A stretch of 64,000 bases of DNA, from the NCBI GenBank assembly GCA_045862955.1, contig BTVI01000013.1, positions 1 to 64,000 of the forward strand, read 5' to 3'. Shown piece after piece: positions 38,410 to 48,289 of this stretch. The notes beneath the pieces are model-generated. The model was given only the letters and a program-made list of their open reading frames with translations, was not told where the DNA came from and made no database searches. Position 1 is the first letter of the stretch, and each line of letters opens with the position of its first letter. Origin of the DNA: Fimbriimonadales bacterium. GTDB lineage: Bacteria; Armatimonadota; Fimbriimonadia; Fimbriimonadales; JABRVX01. A program made the position numbers and the translations under genes.

Positions 38410-40305
38410 ATGGAGTTCGTACTCGACAACGGAAAACTGCGCGCGGAATGGAGGCTGGCCGATGGTGGGCTGGTCCGAGGGGCAGTCGCGAACCGTGAGA
38501 TAGGGGCGTCTTTGCCGCCGGCCTCGGCGTCCTTTGAACTGGACATCAACGGGGAGGCGATCCCCTCGAGCGATCTGGTGCTCACCCGGGCGCCCTCGGC
38601 TGCAGTGCGCCGAGGGGAGCCCGGCGCGGCCCGAATCGCAGACCGAGAGGACACGGATGTGCTCGACGCACGCTTCGCGCTCGAGCGCCTCGGACTGGAA
38701 GTCGAGTGGCAGGCTTCCTTGGGCCGTAGTGCCCGCTACCTCCGGCAGACCGTGACGCTATCGGCCCTGGGACGCCCGGTAGACCTCAGACGCGTCACGC
38801 TCGTCCGTCTCCCGGCAGAGGCAGCGGTGGGCGGGTCCGTGCCCGGGTCGCCTCAGGTGTTCGGGCATGCCTACGCAGCACTGGAGCACCCGATGGCGGA
38901 GAGCCGATTCGAGGCACACGCAGCGACCAGCTCGCTCCGGCTCCGCTTGCCACTACAGCCGGGCGCCCCGCTAACCGTGACCGCCGTCATGGGGTTCGCC
39001 CGCACCGGGCAGCTTCGCCGCGACTTCGGCGAGTACATCGAACGCCAGCGGCCACGCCCATATCGGCCGTTGCTGCACTATAACTCGTGGTACGACCTCG
39101 GGTTCTTCACTCCGTTCGATGAGAAAGCCGCGCTCGAAGCCATCGAGGCCTACGGCGAGGAGCTGGTGCGCAAGCGCGGCGTGCCGATGGATGGCTTCCT
39201 GTTCGATGATGGGTGGGACGACCCGAGGACGCTCTGGGGATTTCACGAGGGTTTCCCCAACGGCTTCTCACGGGTTCGCGAAGCAGCCGAGGCCATCGGT
39301 GCTGCCGCGGGCGTGTGGCTATCGCCCTGGGGTGGCTACAGTACGCCGAAGCAGCGACGCCTGGCGTATGCGCGTGAGCAAGGCTTCGAAACGAACGAGC
39401 ATGGGCTGGCACTTTCCGGCCCTGTCTACTACGAGCGGTTCCGCGAGGTGTGCAGCCGGTTCGTCACCGAGTACGGCGTCAATCACTTCAAATTCGACGG
39501 TACGGGTGATGCAGGCACGGTAGCTCCCGGCAGCCGCTTCGGCAGCGACTTCGATGCCGCCATCGAGCTGATCCGCGAGCTGAGACGGCTCCGGGGTGAC
39601 CTGTACGTGAACCTGACTACCGGCACCTGGGCCTCGCCGTTCTGGCTTCTGCATGCGGACTCCATCTGGCGCGGAGGAGAGGACTACGGCTTCCACGGGC
39701 CGGGCACCAAGCGGCAGCAGTGGATCACTTATCGGGACGCCGCGACTTACGCCAACGTGGTCCGCGCCGGGCCACTGTTTCCCCTCAACTCGCTGATGCT
39801 GCACGGTGTCACTTTCGCGCCACACGCACCGGAGTTGGCCGACGATCCCGGCAACGATCTGCCGTGCGAGATCTGGTCGCTGTTCGCCTCCGGCACGCAG
39901 TTGCTCGAGCTATACGTGTCGCCGTCGCTGATGACGGACGAGCGATGGGACCTACTGGCGGCGGCCGCTCGTTGGGTTCGGAGCCGAGCCGAAGGGCTTC
40001 GCGACACGCACTGGGTCGGCGGCGATCCGGGCGACATGGAGCCGTACGGGTGGGCTAGCTGGTCACCGGAGAAGCAAGTGCTCTGCCTCCGCAACCCGTC
40101 GGATGCGCCACGGGCCTTCCCAGTGTGCCCACGCTTGGTGTGGCAGCCGCCAGCCCTCGAGTCGTTCTACCGCTTTCAGACGGTATGGCGCTCACACGGC
40201 GCAGGAGAGCCCTTCGTGCTTGGGGCCGACGAGGAGCACCCGATGGCCCTCGCACCCTACGAGGTAGTGGTGCTCGAGGCTGCGCCCGCCACGAGTGTCC
40301 ACTGA
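38410..40305 (+). CDS. Glycoside hydrolase of the alpha-galactosidase-like (clan D) TIM-barrel type
   Basis: HYNSWYD, FLFDDGW, GVWLSP, FKFDG, WRGGED motifs resemble GH27/36; AAGGAG SD. Confidence 0.7.
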   Translation: MEFVLDNGKLRAEWRLADGGLVRGAVANREIGASLPPASASFELDINGEAIPSSDLVLTRAPSAAVRRGEPGAARIADREDTDVLDARFALERLGLEVEWQASLGRSARYLRQTVTLSALGRPVDLRRVTLVRLPAEAAVGGSVPGSPQVFGHAYAALEHPMAESRFEAHAATSSLRLRLPLQPGAPLTVTAVMGFARTGQLRRDFGEYIERQRPRPYRPLLHYNSWYDLGFFTPFDEKAALEAIEAYGEELVRKRGVPMDGFLFDDGWDDPRTLWGFHEGFPNGFSRVREAAEAIGAAAGVWLSPWGGYSTPKQRRLAYAREQGFETNEHGLALSGPVYYERFREVCSRFVTEYGVNHFKFDGTGDAGTVAPGSRFGSDFDAAIELIRELRRLRGDLYVNLTTGTWASPFWLLHADSIWRGGEDYGFHGPGTKRQQWITYRDAATYANVVRAGPLFPLNSLMLHGVTFAPHAPELADDPGNDLPCEIWSLFASGTQLLELYVSPSLMTDERWDLLAAAARWVRSRAEGLRDTHWVGGDPGDMEPYGWASWSPEKQVLCLRNPSDAPRAFPVCPRLVWQPPALESFYRFQTVWRSHGAGEPFVLGADEEHPMALAPYEVVVLEAAPATSVH

Positions 40306-40336
40306 CTGCGGAAGCAGTGGGAGTGGCCACGGACAC

Positions 40337-40407
40337 GCATCGCCGGGACGGCGTAATCCCGGCTTCTGGCCGGACAAGCTGCGTTGCCGGGACGGCGAAA
40401 ATACGGG
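40337..40407. repeat. Two copies of a REP-like hairpin repeat
   Basis: GCCGGGACGGCG at 40342 and 40386; related copies at 47071, 50878 and 59915. Confidence 0.65.
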
Positions 40408-40418
40408 AGTCGGCGTTG

Positions 40419-41696
40419 CTACCGCAGGAACAACTCGATCACCGGAACCGCCACACGAGGGCGAAGGATTGGTAACCGCAACGTAAGCAGACCCGGCACA
40501 TCGTGCTCGTGGCCCCCACGCTCCACCATCTGCACTTCCGAGCCGTCGTTGAGCAGCTGGGCGTACTCCACCTTGCCCGCGTATCCCTCCAGATGCAGGT
40601 CGCGGATGGGCCACGCGAGCACGTGGACGTACAACCGGTTGGTTTCCGGATTGTAGGTTAGGCGGCAGTCCTGAGGAGTCGTAAAGCCCTCGGGTGCCTC
40701 CGTGCAGCCATAAATGGCCCTCGAATGGCGCTTCATCCACTCGCCGAGTCCAGTCAGTCGGTCCATCGCCCGGTCATCGAACTCCCCGCGTGCGGTTGGT
40801 CCCACGTTGAGCAGCAGGTTACCGCCCTTGCTTACGGTGTCGACCAGCAGCAAGACGAGCTGCTCCACGCTCTTCCAAGTAGCCTCGTCGCGGTGGTAGC
40901 CCCACGAGCCAGAAAAGGTCTGGCAGGTCTCCCACAGTACCTTCTTGCCGTCTCGCTCCGGACACTCCCGGGCCATGAACTGCTCGGGCGTCAAGAAGTC
41001 CCACCCGCCTGGCACCTCCATCAGGTCCAGCCGGTCGTTCACGATGATCTCGGGCTGCAGTTCGCGGGTCATCTTCAGCAGACTCTCCGATTGCCAGTCA
41101 TCCCGCCCTTTGCCGTCTGGGCCGGGGTAGGAGAAGTCGTAGAAGATGTAATCTATCTTCCCGTACTGCGTCAGCAGCTCACGTACCTGGTGATGTAGGT
41201 ACTCGGCGTACCGCCTTACCTCCCGGCCTTCGTTGGCCTTGCGGAACTCGGCGTCCTCGCGCATCGGGTGAAAACGGTCCACGGGGAAATCCGGGTGGTG
41301 CCAGTCGATCAACGAATGGTAAAAGCCCACGCGCAGACCTTCTGCGCGGAATGCCTCCACCATGGGTCGGATCAGGTCCTTGCCGTAGGGGGTGTTGGTT
41401 ACCTTGTAGTCGGTGTATGCGCTGTCCCAAAGGCAGAAGCCTTCATGGTGCTTCGTGGTGATAACGAAATAGGTCATCCCAGCATTCTTTGCAGCCCGCG
41501 CCCAAGCTTTCGGGTCGTATAGGTCGGGATCGAAGTGACGGAAGTAGGTGTCGTATTGCTCGTCTGGGATCCGTTCGGCGCTCTTCACCCACTCGTGCCT
41601 GGCCGGGAGAGCGTAAAGGCCCCAGTGAATGAACATCCCGAACCTGCCGTGCGTGAACCAACTCCAGTGGTCGGGTACCGATGGCGTGTGGGTCAT
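40419..41696 (-). CDS. Alpha-L-fucosidase (GH29)
   Basis: WF...RFGMFIHWG, TTKHHEGF, FYDF nucleophile region, VNDR, WETC, GGNLLLNVGP. Confidence 0.95.
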   Translation of the reverse strand: MTHTPSVPDHWSWFTHGRFGMFIHWGLYALPARHEWVKSAERIPDEQYDTYFRHFDPDLYDPKAWARAAKNAGMTYFVITTKHHEGFCLWDSAYTDYKVTNTPYGKDLIRPMVEAFRAEGLRVGFYHSLIDWHHPDFPVDRFHPMREDAEFRKANEGREVRRYAEYLHHQVRELLTQYGKIDYIFYDFSYPGPDGKGRDDWQSESLLKMTRELQPEIIVNDRLDLMEVPGGWDFLTPEQFMARECPERDGKKVLWETCQTFSGSWGYHRDEATWKSVEQLVLLLVDTVSKGGNLLLNVGPTARGEFDDRAMDRLTGLGEWMKRHSRAIYGCTEAPEGFTTPQDCRLTYNPETNRLYVHVLAWPIRDLHLEGYAGKVEYAQLLNDGSEVQMVERGGHEHDVPGLLTLRLPILRPRVAVPVIELFLR

Positions 41697-41948
41697 AGCT
41701 GAACTCCTCTGATCGCCGCGTCGTGAAAAATGGGGCGATCCAGGCTCGATTCGCTGCCCGGGCCACCCTCCCTGCAGACGTAGCCCGCCTCCACGATTCG
41801 TGGTTTCTTACTGTAAAGCAACCCCAGGTTCTGCGTTCGCAACGTTGCACCGTTAGCCGATAATGGGATTGGATGGGTGGCCTCCCGCGAGCACACGCGG
41901 CAGTCGAGCCTGTCGCACGCGGCTCCGCCTGCATCCTGAGGGGCGACA

Positions 41949-44900
41949 TTGGTACAGTCTTCGTCGGACACCGCTACGCTACTGGGCCATGCCGACTACT
42001 GGCTGTTCCTGGCCGGTCTCGGACTCCTCTCGTTGTCATGGAGCGGTCTCAAGGCCAGGCGAGCCGGGCTAGCCGGTGCCCCATGGATCTGGCTCGTCTG
42101 GTCAGCCGCCCTAGCAGGGGCCTGGCGCTGGCAACAACTCCTCGTCTCCTGCTTCGGCGATTCGCCGGTATCCCGTTTCCTGGGTAGCGCTGCGCTCGCT
42201 GCCGTTCCCGTGCTCTACTTCGAGTTCGCTCGGCGCTCGGCGCGGCTCGTCGGCGTCCCGGGGGCCCTGACCAAGCATGCTTGGCCCGTCGCTGCAGGCA
42301 TCTCCCTGCTCGCCTTTCTCGCATCCGACGTAGAGGCGACGGCGATCTCCGTGGGGCTGCTGGGCTGTGCCTGCTGTCTCCTGGGGCTGGTGGCGGCACA
42401 GCGCCTCGCGGTCCCATCCTCCGGCCAGGGGCGCGTACTGCGGCTGTCGATCGCAGCCACTGCCTTACTCAGCCTTCATATCACACTCTCCGGGCCACTC
42501 CAAGCCGCATCGAGTTATGCCGAGAGCCTTAGTCCCGGCACCAGTGCTGTCGCGTTCGCCATCACAGCACTGCTGTCGGCCACCGCTGCTTGGGGGCTGG
42601 GACGATGCATGTTAGTCCCATCCGGAACGCGCCAAGCTTGGGGTGTACCGGTGATCATCGCATCGGTATTGCTCGTCGGCTGGATCGCGGTTGTAGAAGT
42701 GGGCAACGCGTCGGACCGAGCTTTTCGAGAGAACATGAAGACTAGGGTGCTCTCCGCCGCGAGCGGCCTGCCCCCATCCCTCGTTGCCTCCCTCGCTGGC
42801 ACGAAGGCGGACACGCAGACGAGGGAATACCGAACGCTGAAGCGCACGCTGATCAAGCTTTTGACAGCCGACCCCAGGACATCCTTCGCCTATGTGATGG
42901 CGCTGAAGGAAGGCAAAGTCGTGTTTCTCGCGGATGCTGAGCCCGATGCATCGCCGGACGTATCACTTCCGGGTGATGTGTACGAGAACAGCTCACCGGC
43001 GCTGTTGACCGCGTTCAACTCGGGCGAGGCCTTCGTCGAAGGGCCTGCCGGCGACCAGTGGGGGACGTGGATCAGCGCGTTTGCACCCATCCGTCTCGAA
43101 GGGGAATCGCGGCCACTGGCACTGCTGGGTATAGATGCCGATGCGCTGCTGTGGAAGAGCACGCTGTCCAAGGCCCGTGTAGCGGCGATCACCCTGGTTC
43201 TTCTTCTCTCCCTCGCCACTGCAGCGGTGGGTGCCGCGCAGCGTCAGACGCTGGATCGGGCGCTGGCCGAGTCCCGCAGGCAGTATGAGACTCTGGTCCG
43301 CGGATCTCCTAACATGGTTGCTCTGCTAGATCGTCACGGCAACGTTGTCTCTATCAACGAGAAGGGCCGCGAGTACCTCGGTCTCGACCACACGCTGGAC
43401 GCGGGGACGCCTTTCGAGCGACTCTGGCCAGAAGAGCTGCGGCCGAGAGTGTCTCAAGCTGTCGAGGCGTGTGCGCGGGGCGAAGCCGGCAGGTACGAAG
43501 TGTCCGTTCCCGGCCCAGACGGAGTACGCCACCTGTCTCTTGCGGTCTGCCCCGTCTCGGATTCCGTCGGAGGCATCGAGGGGATCATCTGCACCGGCTC
43601 AGACGTCTCCGAGCTGTCTCACGCCCGATCGGAGGTTCAGGCACAGGCGGCATTCCTTCGGGGGCTGCTGGACACCATGCCGAACTTCATAGCGGCAAAG
43701 GACCTCGAAGGCAGGTTCACCTGCTGCAACCTCGCGACAGCGCGTTTCCTGCGCTTGGACCCGGAGGAGCTGCTCGGCAAGACCGCACACGACGTCCTGC
43801 CACGAGAGGTAGCCGACGAGCTGGCGAGTTCGGAGGATCAGTTATTGGCCACCGGCGGGCGAGCGATGCACGAGGTGCGAGTGGCCGGACCGGACGGCGA
43901 TCTTCGCGATCTGCTGGTCACCAAGGGGCTGTACTTCGATGCCGAAGGCTACCCCGCCGGCTTCGTCTGGGTCGGCTTCGACATCACGGAGCGAAAGCAA
44001 ACAGAAAGACTTCTCAGGGAGAGCGAGGAGCGAGTGCGCGCCATGGCCGGTGCGGCCATGGATGCCGTGGTCATGATAGATGGCAATGGCCACATCTCCT
44101 TCTGGAACCAGGCAGCAGCCGCCATGTTCGGGTATTCCGAAGAAGAGGCGCTCGGCAAGCCGGTTCACGGTCTGCTTGCACCGGCCCGTTTCCGCGCTGC
44201 GGCGTCGGCTGGCTTGGAGAGGTTCCGGCAAACTGCAACGGGCCCCCTTGTCGGCAAAGTCTTGGAGGTGCAAGCACTCCGAAAGAACGGCGAGGAATTC
44301 ACGATAGAGCTCTCCGTTGCACCCGTGCGAATAGGCCAGTCCTGGCACGCGGTCGGCATCGTCCGCGACATCACCGAGCGCAAAGCCGCCGAGGAGGAGA
44401 GGCGCCTTCTCGCTGAGGTCGTTCAGCAGTCCGAGGCAGGTGTGCTGATCACCGACCCGGCAGGCCGACCGTTGTACGCCAACGCGGCTTTCGAGCAGCT
44501 CACGGGCCTGTCCGCGGCGAGCCTCTGCGCAGGCAATGCTATTGGTGCCGCTTTGGTACCCGATTCGCTTACCGAAGCCATCCAACACATTATGGAGGGC
44601 CACAACTTCTGGCAAGGCGTGGTCAACGCGCAGCGTGCCAACGCCGAGCATTACCGCGCTGACGTGCAGGCATTTCCGGTGCGCCAGCCGTCGGGAGGTC
44701 TCGCGGCGATCGTGTGCATGCAGCGCGATATCAGTCACCAGGAGGCTCTCGAGGCACAGCTCCGCCTGGCGCAGAAGATGACTGCCATCGGCCAGCTCGC
44801 TGCAGGTATTGCACACGAGATCAACACGCCGATCCAGTACGTCGCCGACAATACACGCTTCCTGCAGACTAGCTTCTCCCACATCCTCGACCTGATTCAG

Positions 44901-45602
44901 AGATTTCAGGACCTCGCAGCTGCCGCCAAGCAGCAGGCAGGCACCGACGAGGCGATGGCGGCTTTGGAGGCAGAGCTCGAGCGCGTGGACATCGCGTTCC
45001 TGGCGGAAGAAGTTCCCGCAGCGACCCAGGAGGCGCTGGAAGGCTTGGATCGAGTCGCGCGGATCGTCCGGGCGATGAAGGAGTTCGCCCATCCCGGGGG
45101 TAGCGAGAAGCAACCGACCGACATCAACGCCGCCGTGTCGACCACGCTCACGGTATCACGCAATGTGTGGAAGTATGTTGCTGACCTGCAGACCCACCTC
45201 GACCAGGACCTCCCCACAGTGGATTGCCATCCGGGAGACGTCCATCAAATCCTGCTGAACCTGATCGTCAACGCCGCGCAGGCCATAGAGGAGCGCGTCG
45301 GCACCGGCTCGGAAGAGAAGGGAACGATCACGGTGCGTACCGCCGTAGGGCCAGACTGCGTTACGCTGAGCGTGACCGACGACGGCTGCGGGATCCCCGC
45401 CGACATCCGCGACCGAATCTTCGAGCCGTTCTTTACCACCAAGGAAGTAGGCAAGGGCACGGGACAAGGACTGTGGATTGCCCACTCACTCGCCGCGAAA
45501 CACGGAGGAACACTCGACGTCGAGTCCGAACCGGGCAAGACCACCTTCACTCTGTCGCTCCCCTTGACAACACAGGAAGTTGCCAACCAGGAGGTTGCAT
45601 GA
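41949..45602 (+). CDS. Membrane multi-PAS sensor histidine kinase
   Basis: Multiple TMs, extracytoplasmic domain (DQWGTWISAFAPI), four PAS/PAC units (DVSE, DITE, DITE, DISH), AHEINTP, FTTKEVGKGTGQGL; start approximate. Confidence 0.93.
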   Translation: MVQSSSDTATLLGHADYWLFLAGLGLLSLSWSGLKARRAGLAGAPWIWLVWSAALAGAWRWQQLLVSCFGDSPVSRFLGSAALAAVPVLYFEFARRSARLVGVPGALTKHAWPVAAGISLLAFLASDVEATAISVGLLGCACCLLGLVAAQRLAVPSSGQGRVLRLSIAATALLSLHITLSGPLQAASSYAESLSPGTSAVAFAITALLSATAAWGLGRCMLVPSGTRQAWGVPVIIASVLLVGWIAVVEVGNASDRAFRENMKTRVLSAASGLPPSLVASLAGTKADTQTREYRTLKRTLIKLLTADPRTSFAYVMALKEGKVVFLADAEPDASPDVSLPGDVYENSSPALLTAFNSGEAFVEGPAGDQWGTWISAFAPIRLEGESRPLALLGIDADALLWKSTLSKARVAAITLVLLLSLATAAVGAAQRQTLDRALAESRRQYETLVRGSPNMVALLDRHGNVVSINEKGREYLGLDHTLDAGTPFERLWPEELRPRVSQAVEACARGEAGRYEVSVPGPDGVRHLSLAVCPVSDSVGGIEGIICTGSDVSELSHARSEVQAQAAFLRGLLDTMPNFIAAKDLEGRFTCCNLATARFLRLDPEELLGKTAHDVLPREVADELASSEDQLLATGGRAMHEVRVAGPDGDLRDLLVTKGLYFDAEGYPAGFVWVGFDITERKQTERLLRESEERVRAMAGAAMDAVVMIDGNGHISFWNQAAAAMFGYSEEEALGKPVHGLLAPARFRAAASAGLERFRQTATGPLVGKVLEVQALRKNGEEFTIELSVAPVRIGQSWHAVGIVRDITERKAAEEERRLLAEVVQQSEAGVLITDPAGRPLYANAAFEQLTGLSAASLCAGNAIGAALVPDSLTEAIQHIMEGHNFWQGVVNAQRANAEHYRADVQAFPVRQPSGGLAAIVCMQRDISHQEALEAQLRLAQKMTAIGQLAAGIAHEINTPIQYVADNTRFLQTSFSHILDLIQRFQDLAAAAKQQAGTDEAMAALEAELERVDIAFLAEEVPAATQEALEGLDRVARIVRAMKEFAHPGGSEKQPTDINAAVSTTLTVSRNVWKYVADLQTHLDQDLPTVDCHPGDVHQILLNLIVNAAQAIEERVGTGSEEKGTITVRTAVGPDCVTLSVTDDGCGIPADIRDRIFEPFFTTKEVGKGTGQGLWIAHSLAAKHGGTLDVESEPGKTTFTLSLPLTTQEVANQEVA

Positions 45603-46738
45603 CGGGACGAGTCTTGTTCGTGGACGACGAAAATCGCTTCTTAGAAGGGCTTCGACGGACCCTCGCAGTGGATGCTCCCGACCTCGAGCTCGCCTTCGCT
45701 AACTCGGTGGACCAGGCGATCGAGGTGATCCTGACCCGGCCGCCGGACGCGGTTGTCACCGACGTGCGCATGCCAGGCAAAGACGGTCTACAACTGGTCG
45801 CCTGGATCCATAGCCAAGAAGGTCCCCGGCGTATCCCCACTGCAGTGCTCACCGGCTCGGGCGATACCGACCTCAAGCGGCGAGCTCTGGACCTGGGGGC
45901 CACCGACCTGCTGAACAAACCCGTCGAACCCGAGGAGCTTCGAGCACGCCTACGCAGCATGTTGCGCATCAAGCAGTATGAGGACGAGCTGCGGGCCCTC
46001 AACGCAGAGCTCGAGCAGCGGGTCGTTCGCCGTACGCTGCAGCTCGAGAGGGCTAGGCTCGACGTCGTGTGGCGACTCGCGAAGGCAGCCGAGTTCCGAG
46101 ATGCCCAGACCGGCAACCACGTCATCCGTGTCGCTCTGGCCAGCAGGACCATCGCTTCGACCCTCGGGCTATCCGAGCGTTTCGCGCAATTGCTCTCCAT
46201 CGCCGCTCCTCTCCACGACATAGGCAAAATTGGGATACCGGACAGTATCTTGCTGAAGCCAGGCAAGCTGTCACCCGACGAACGCCGTATCATGGAGGAG
46301 CACACTCTCATCGGGGCAGAGATCCTGAAGCCATCACCCACGAACACCGCCTGGTTCACCCAGGCCATCGCCCCTGGCGCGCAGCTAGCAGACGAGGATG
46401 AAGCCAACGAGTTCCTAGCCATGGCCTCACGCCTCGCCCTCTGCCATCACGAGAAGTGGGACGGCTCCGGCTACCCACACGGGCTCCGAGGCGAGGACAT
46501 TCCGATAGAAGCTCGCATCCTCGCGGTGTGCGATGTGTGGGACGCCCTCCGCTCGGAACGCCCCTACAAACGCGCTCTCGGTGAGGCCGAGACCCTCGAG
46601 ATCATGCGAAGGGAACGAGGTGCGCACTTCGACCCGACGGTGTACGACGCGTTCGAACGCTCATCACACGTGCTGCAAGCCATACGGACAGACTTCGCGG
46701 ACCAAGCGGGCGATCAGCCGCTCGCCGAAGCTGCGTAA
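45599..46738 (+). CDS. Response regulator with HD-GYP phosphodiesterase output (RpfG-like)
   Basis: Start MTGRVLFVDDE overlaps the kinase stop; HDIGK, HHEKWDGSGYP, RPYK. Confidence 0.95.
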   Translation: MTGRVLFVDDENRFLEGLRRTLAVDAPDLELAFANSVDQAIEVILTRPPDAVVTDVRMPGKDGLQLVAWIHSQEGPRRIPTAVLTGSGDTDLKRRALDLGATDLLNKPVEPEELRARLRSMLRIKQYEDELRALNAELEQRVVRRTLQLERARLDVVWRLAKAAEFRDAQTGNHVIRVALASRTIASTLGLSERFAQLLSIAAPLHDIGKIGIPDSILLKPGKLSPDERRIMEEHTLIGAEILKPSPTNTAWFTQAIAPGAQLADEDEANEFLAMASRLALCHHEKWDGSGYPHGLRGEDIPIEARILAVCDVWDALRSERPYKRALGEAETLEIMRRERGAHFDPTVYDAFERSSHVLQAIRTDFADQAGDQPLAEAA

Positions 46739-47070
46739 AGGCGCAGAGAGCTACTATGGCTCACGATGCCCCACCGTCGGCTTCGTACGGATGACCGCGG
46801 AAGGGCAGGCGGACCGAGGGAAGGCGGGCTGCACCGCACCGACTCCGGTCGCCGGCGACGCGCTGCTTAGCTTTCGTTCTCCCGCCCGTCTCAACGTACA
46901 CGAGCTCCTCGCTCCTCGGGCGCGGGGCCACGGTCCATGCCGCCACTGCTCCTGCAGTGCAGGCTACTCCACACCCTGGGCAGCGCCCGAGGGTTCCACT
47001 GCAGAGGTTGGTGGCAGCATGAGGTGCGATGGGAGGAGACGGCGGAGTTCCGGCGTCTCTCCGGAGTTCC

Positions 47071-47098
47071 ATTCGCCGGAGCGGCGAGATTACGGGCG
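47071..47098. repeat. REP-like hairpin repeat copy
   Basis: Reverse complement CGCCCGTAATCTCGCCGCTCCGGCGAAT matches the family consensus. Confidence 0.5.
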
Positions 47099-47119
47099 CC
47101 CCGTCGGGGATCGAAGTCC

Positions 47120-48289
47120 CTACGCTACGCGTACCCCGGGGTCGGCGGCCCGGCGCACATAGATTGGCTCGTTAATGCCTGTGGTGCGGGCGCAGTTACG
47201 GACCTTTTCTAGCAAGCTTACTGTAAGCACTTGCCCAGCCGGAACCACTACGGTGCCATCTTTCGCAACAATATCCGCGATCAGAGAATGGCCCAGCCTC
47301 AGGTCGCCGACGCCTACTGCGCCGTGCTCGGACCCCGAAACACCCGAGGCACTTGCGAAACACTGAAGAGCCTTCTCCAAAACGTTAGGGTCGTACCAGC
47401 CTTGTCGCGATTGCATCATCGCCAGCGCATCCTGCGGCGAAAAGCCCTTGGTCGTTAGGTCCATGAAATCCAGACAGACCTTCAGGATGCGCGAACCGAT
47501 GGGGATCTGCTCACGGCTCACCGGATGCGGCGGGTGTCCACCGCCGTTGTAATGCTTGTGCTGATAGAGGACGATCTGCGCCACCTCCTCCAATCGTGGA
47601 ATGTTGGAGAGCAGATCGCGACCTACTTCAGGTACTCGGTTCAGTAGTTCCTCATCAGCGGGGCTCAGCTCTTCACGGCTTCGGGAACGCATTGCTACAG
47701 CCGGTGGTACGGACACCAATCCAATCTGGCACAGCATCCCCGCAAGTTCGATGTCCCAAGGGCTGTTCCCGAGAACCGCGCGAGAGAGCGTGCGAATGCT
47801 GCCTCGCAACACTTGCGCGCGACCGAACACCTCAGGGGACACCATCGCCAAGATGTCGATCAGGATTTTGATGGTGCCGCTCAGCGTCTTCTGCAAGAGT
47901 TCGCGCTCCGACGTCAATAGCCGGTGTTGCTCGATGCCGGCGTGTAGCGCCGACGCGAGCTCGTCGGGCGAGCAGGGCTTGGTAAGCAGACGAAAGACGT
48001 TGCCCTGGTCGACGGCTGCTATCGCCGTCTGCAGGTCGGCGAACCCTGTCAGCAGGATGCGAACGGTCTCAGGCGCTAGCTCTCTGGCCCTCGAGAGCAG
48101 TTCGACGCCATCCATGCCTGGCATCTTAAGGTCGCTGACAATGACGGCGTAGGGCCCGGAATCCGCCAGCATCTGTAGCGCCTGCTCCCCGCAATTGGCG
48201 GTGTCTATGGTCACCCTCTTCCTCAGAGCCCTTTGGTAGCCGGCCGTGATCGAGGGGTCGTCGTCAACGCAGAGCACACGATCGCTCAT
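47120..48289 (-). CDS. Response regulator with a degenerate HD-GYP-like domain
   Basis: REC intact (CVDDD, SDLKMP, TKP); LCQIG replaces HDIG; QHKHYNGGGHP replaces HHExxDGxGYP. Confidence 0.9.
   Translation of the reverse strand: MSDRVLCVDDDPSITAGYQRALRKRVTIDTANCGEQALQMLADSGPYAVIVSDLKMPGMDGVELLSRARELAPETVRILLTGFADLQTAIAAVDQGNVFRLLTKPCSPDELASALHAGIEQHRLLTSERELLQKTLSGTIKILIDILAMVSPEVFGRAQVLRGSIRTLSRAVLGNSPWDIELAGMLCQIGLVSVPPAVAMRSRSREELSPADEELLNRVPEVGRDLLSNIPRLEEVAQIVLYQHKHYNGGGHPPHPVSREQIPIGSRILKVCLDFMDLTTKGFSPQDALAMMQSRQGWYDPNVLEKALQCFASASGVSGSEHGAVGVGDLRLGHSLIADIVAKDGTVVVPAGQVLTVSLLEKVRNCARTTGINEPIYVRRAADPGVRVA

Noticed and set aside
43842..45113. 423-aa minus-strand ORF
   Set aside because: Antisense shadow of the sensor kinase; no motifs
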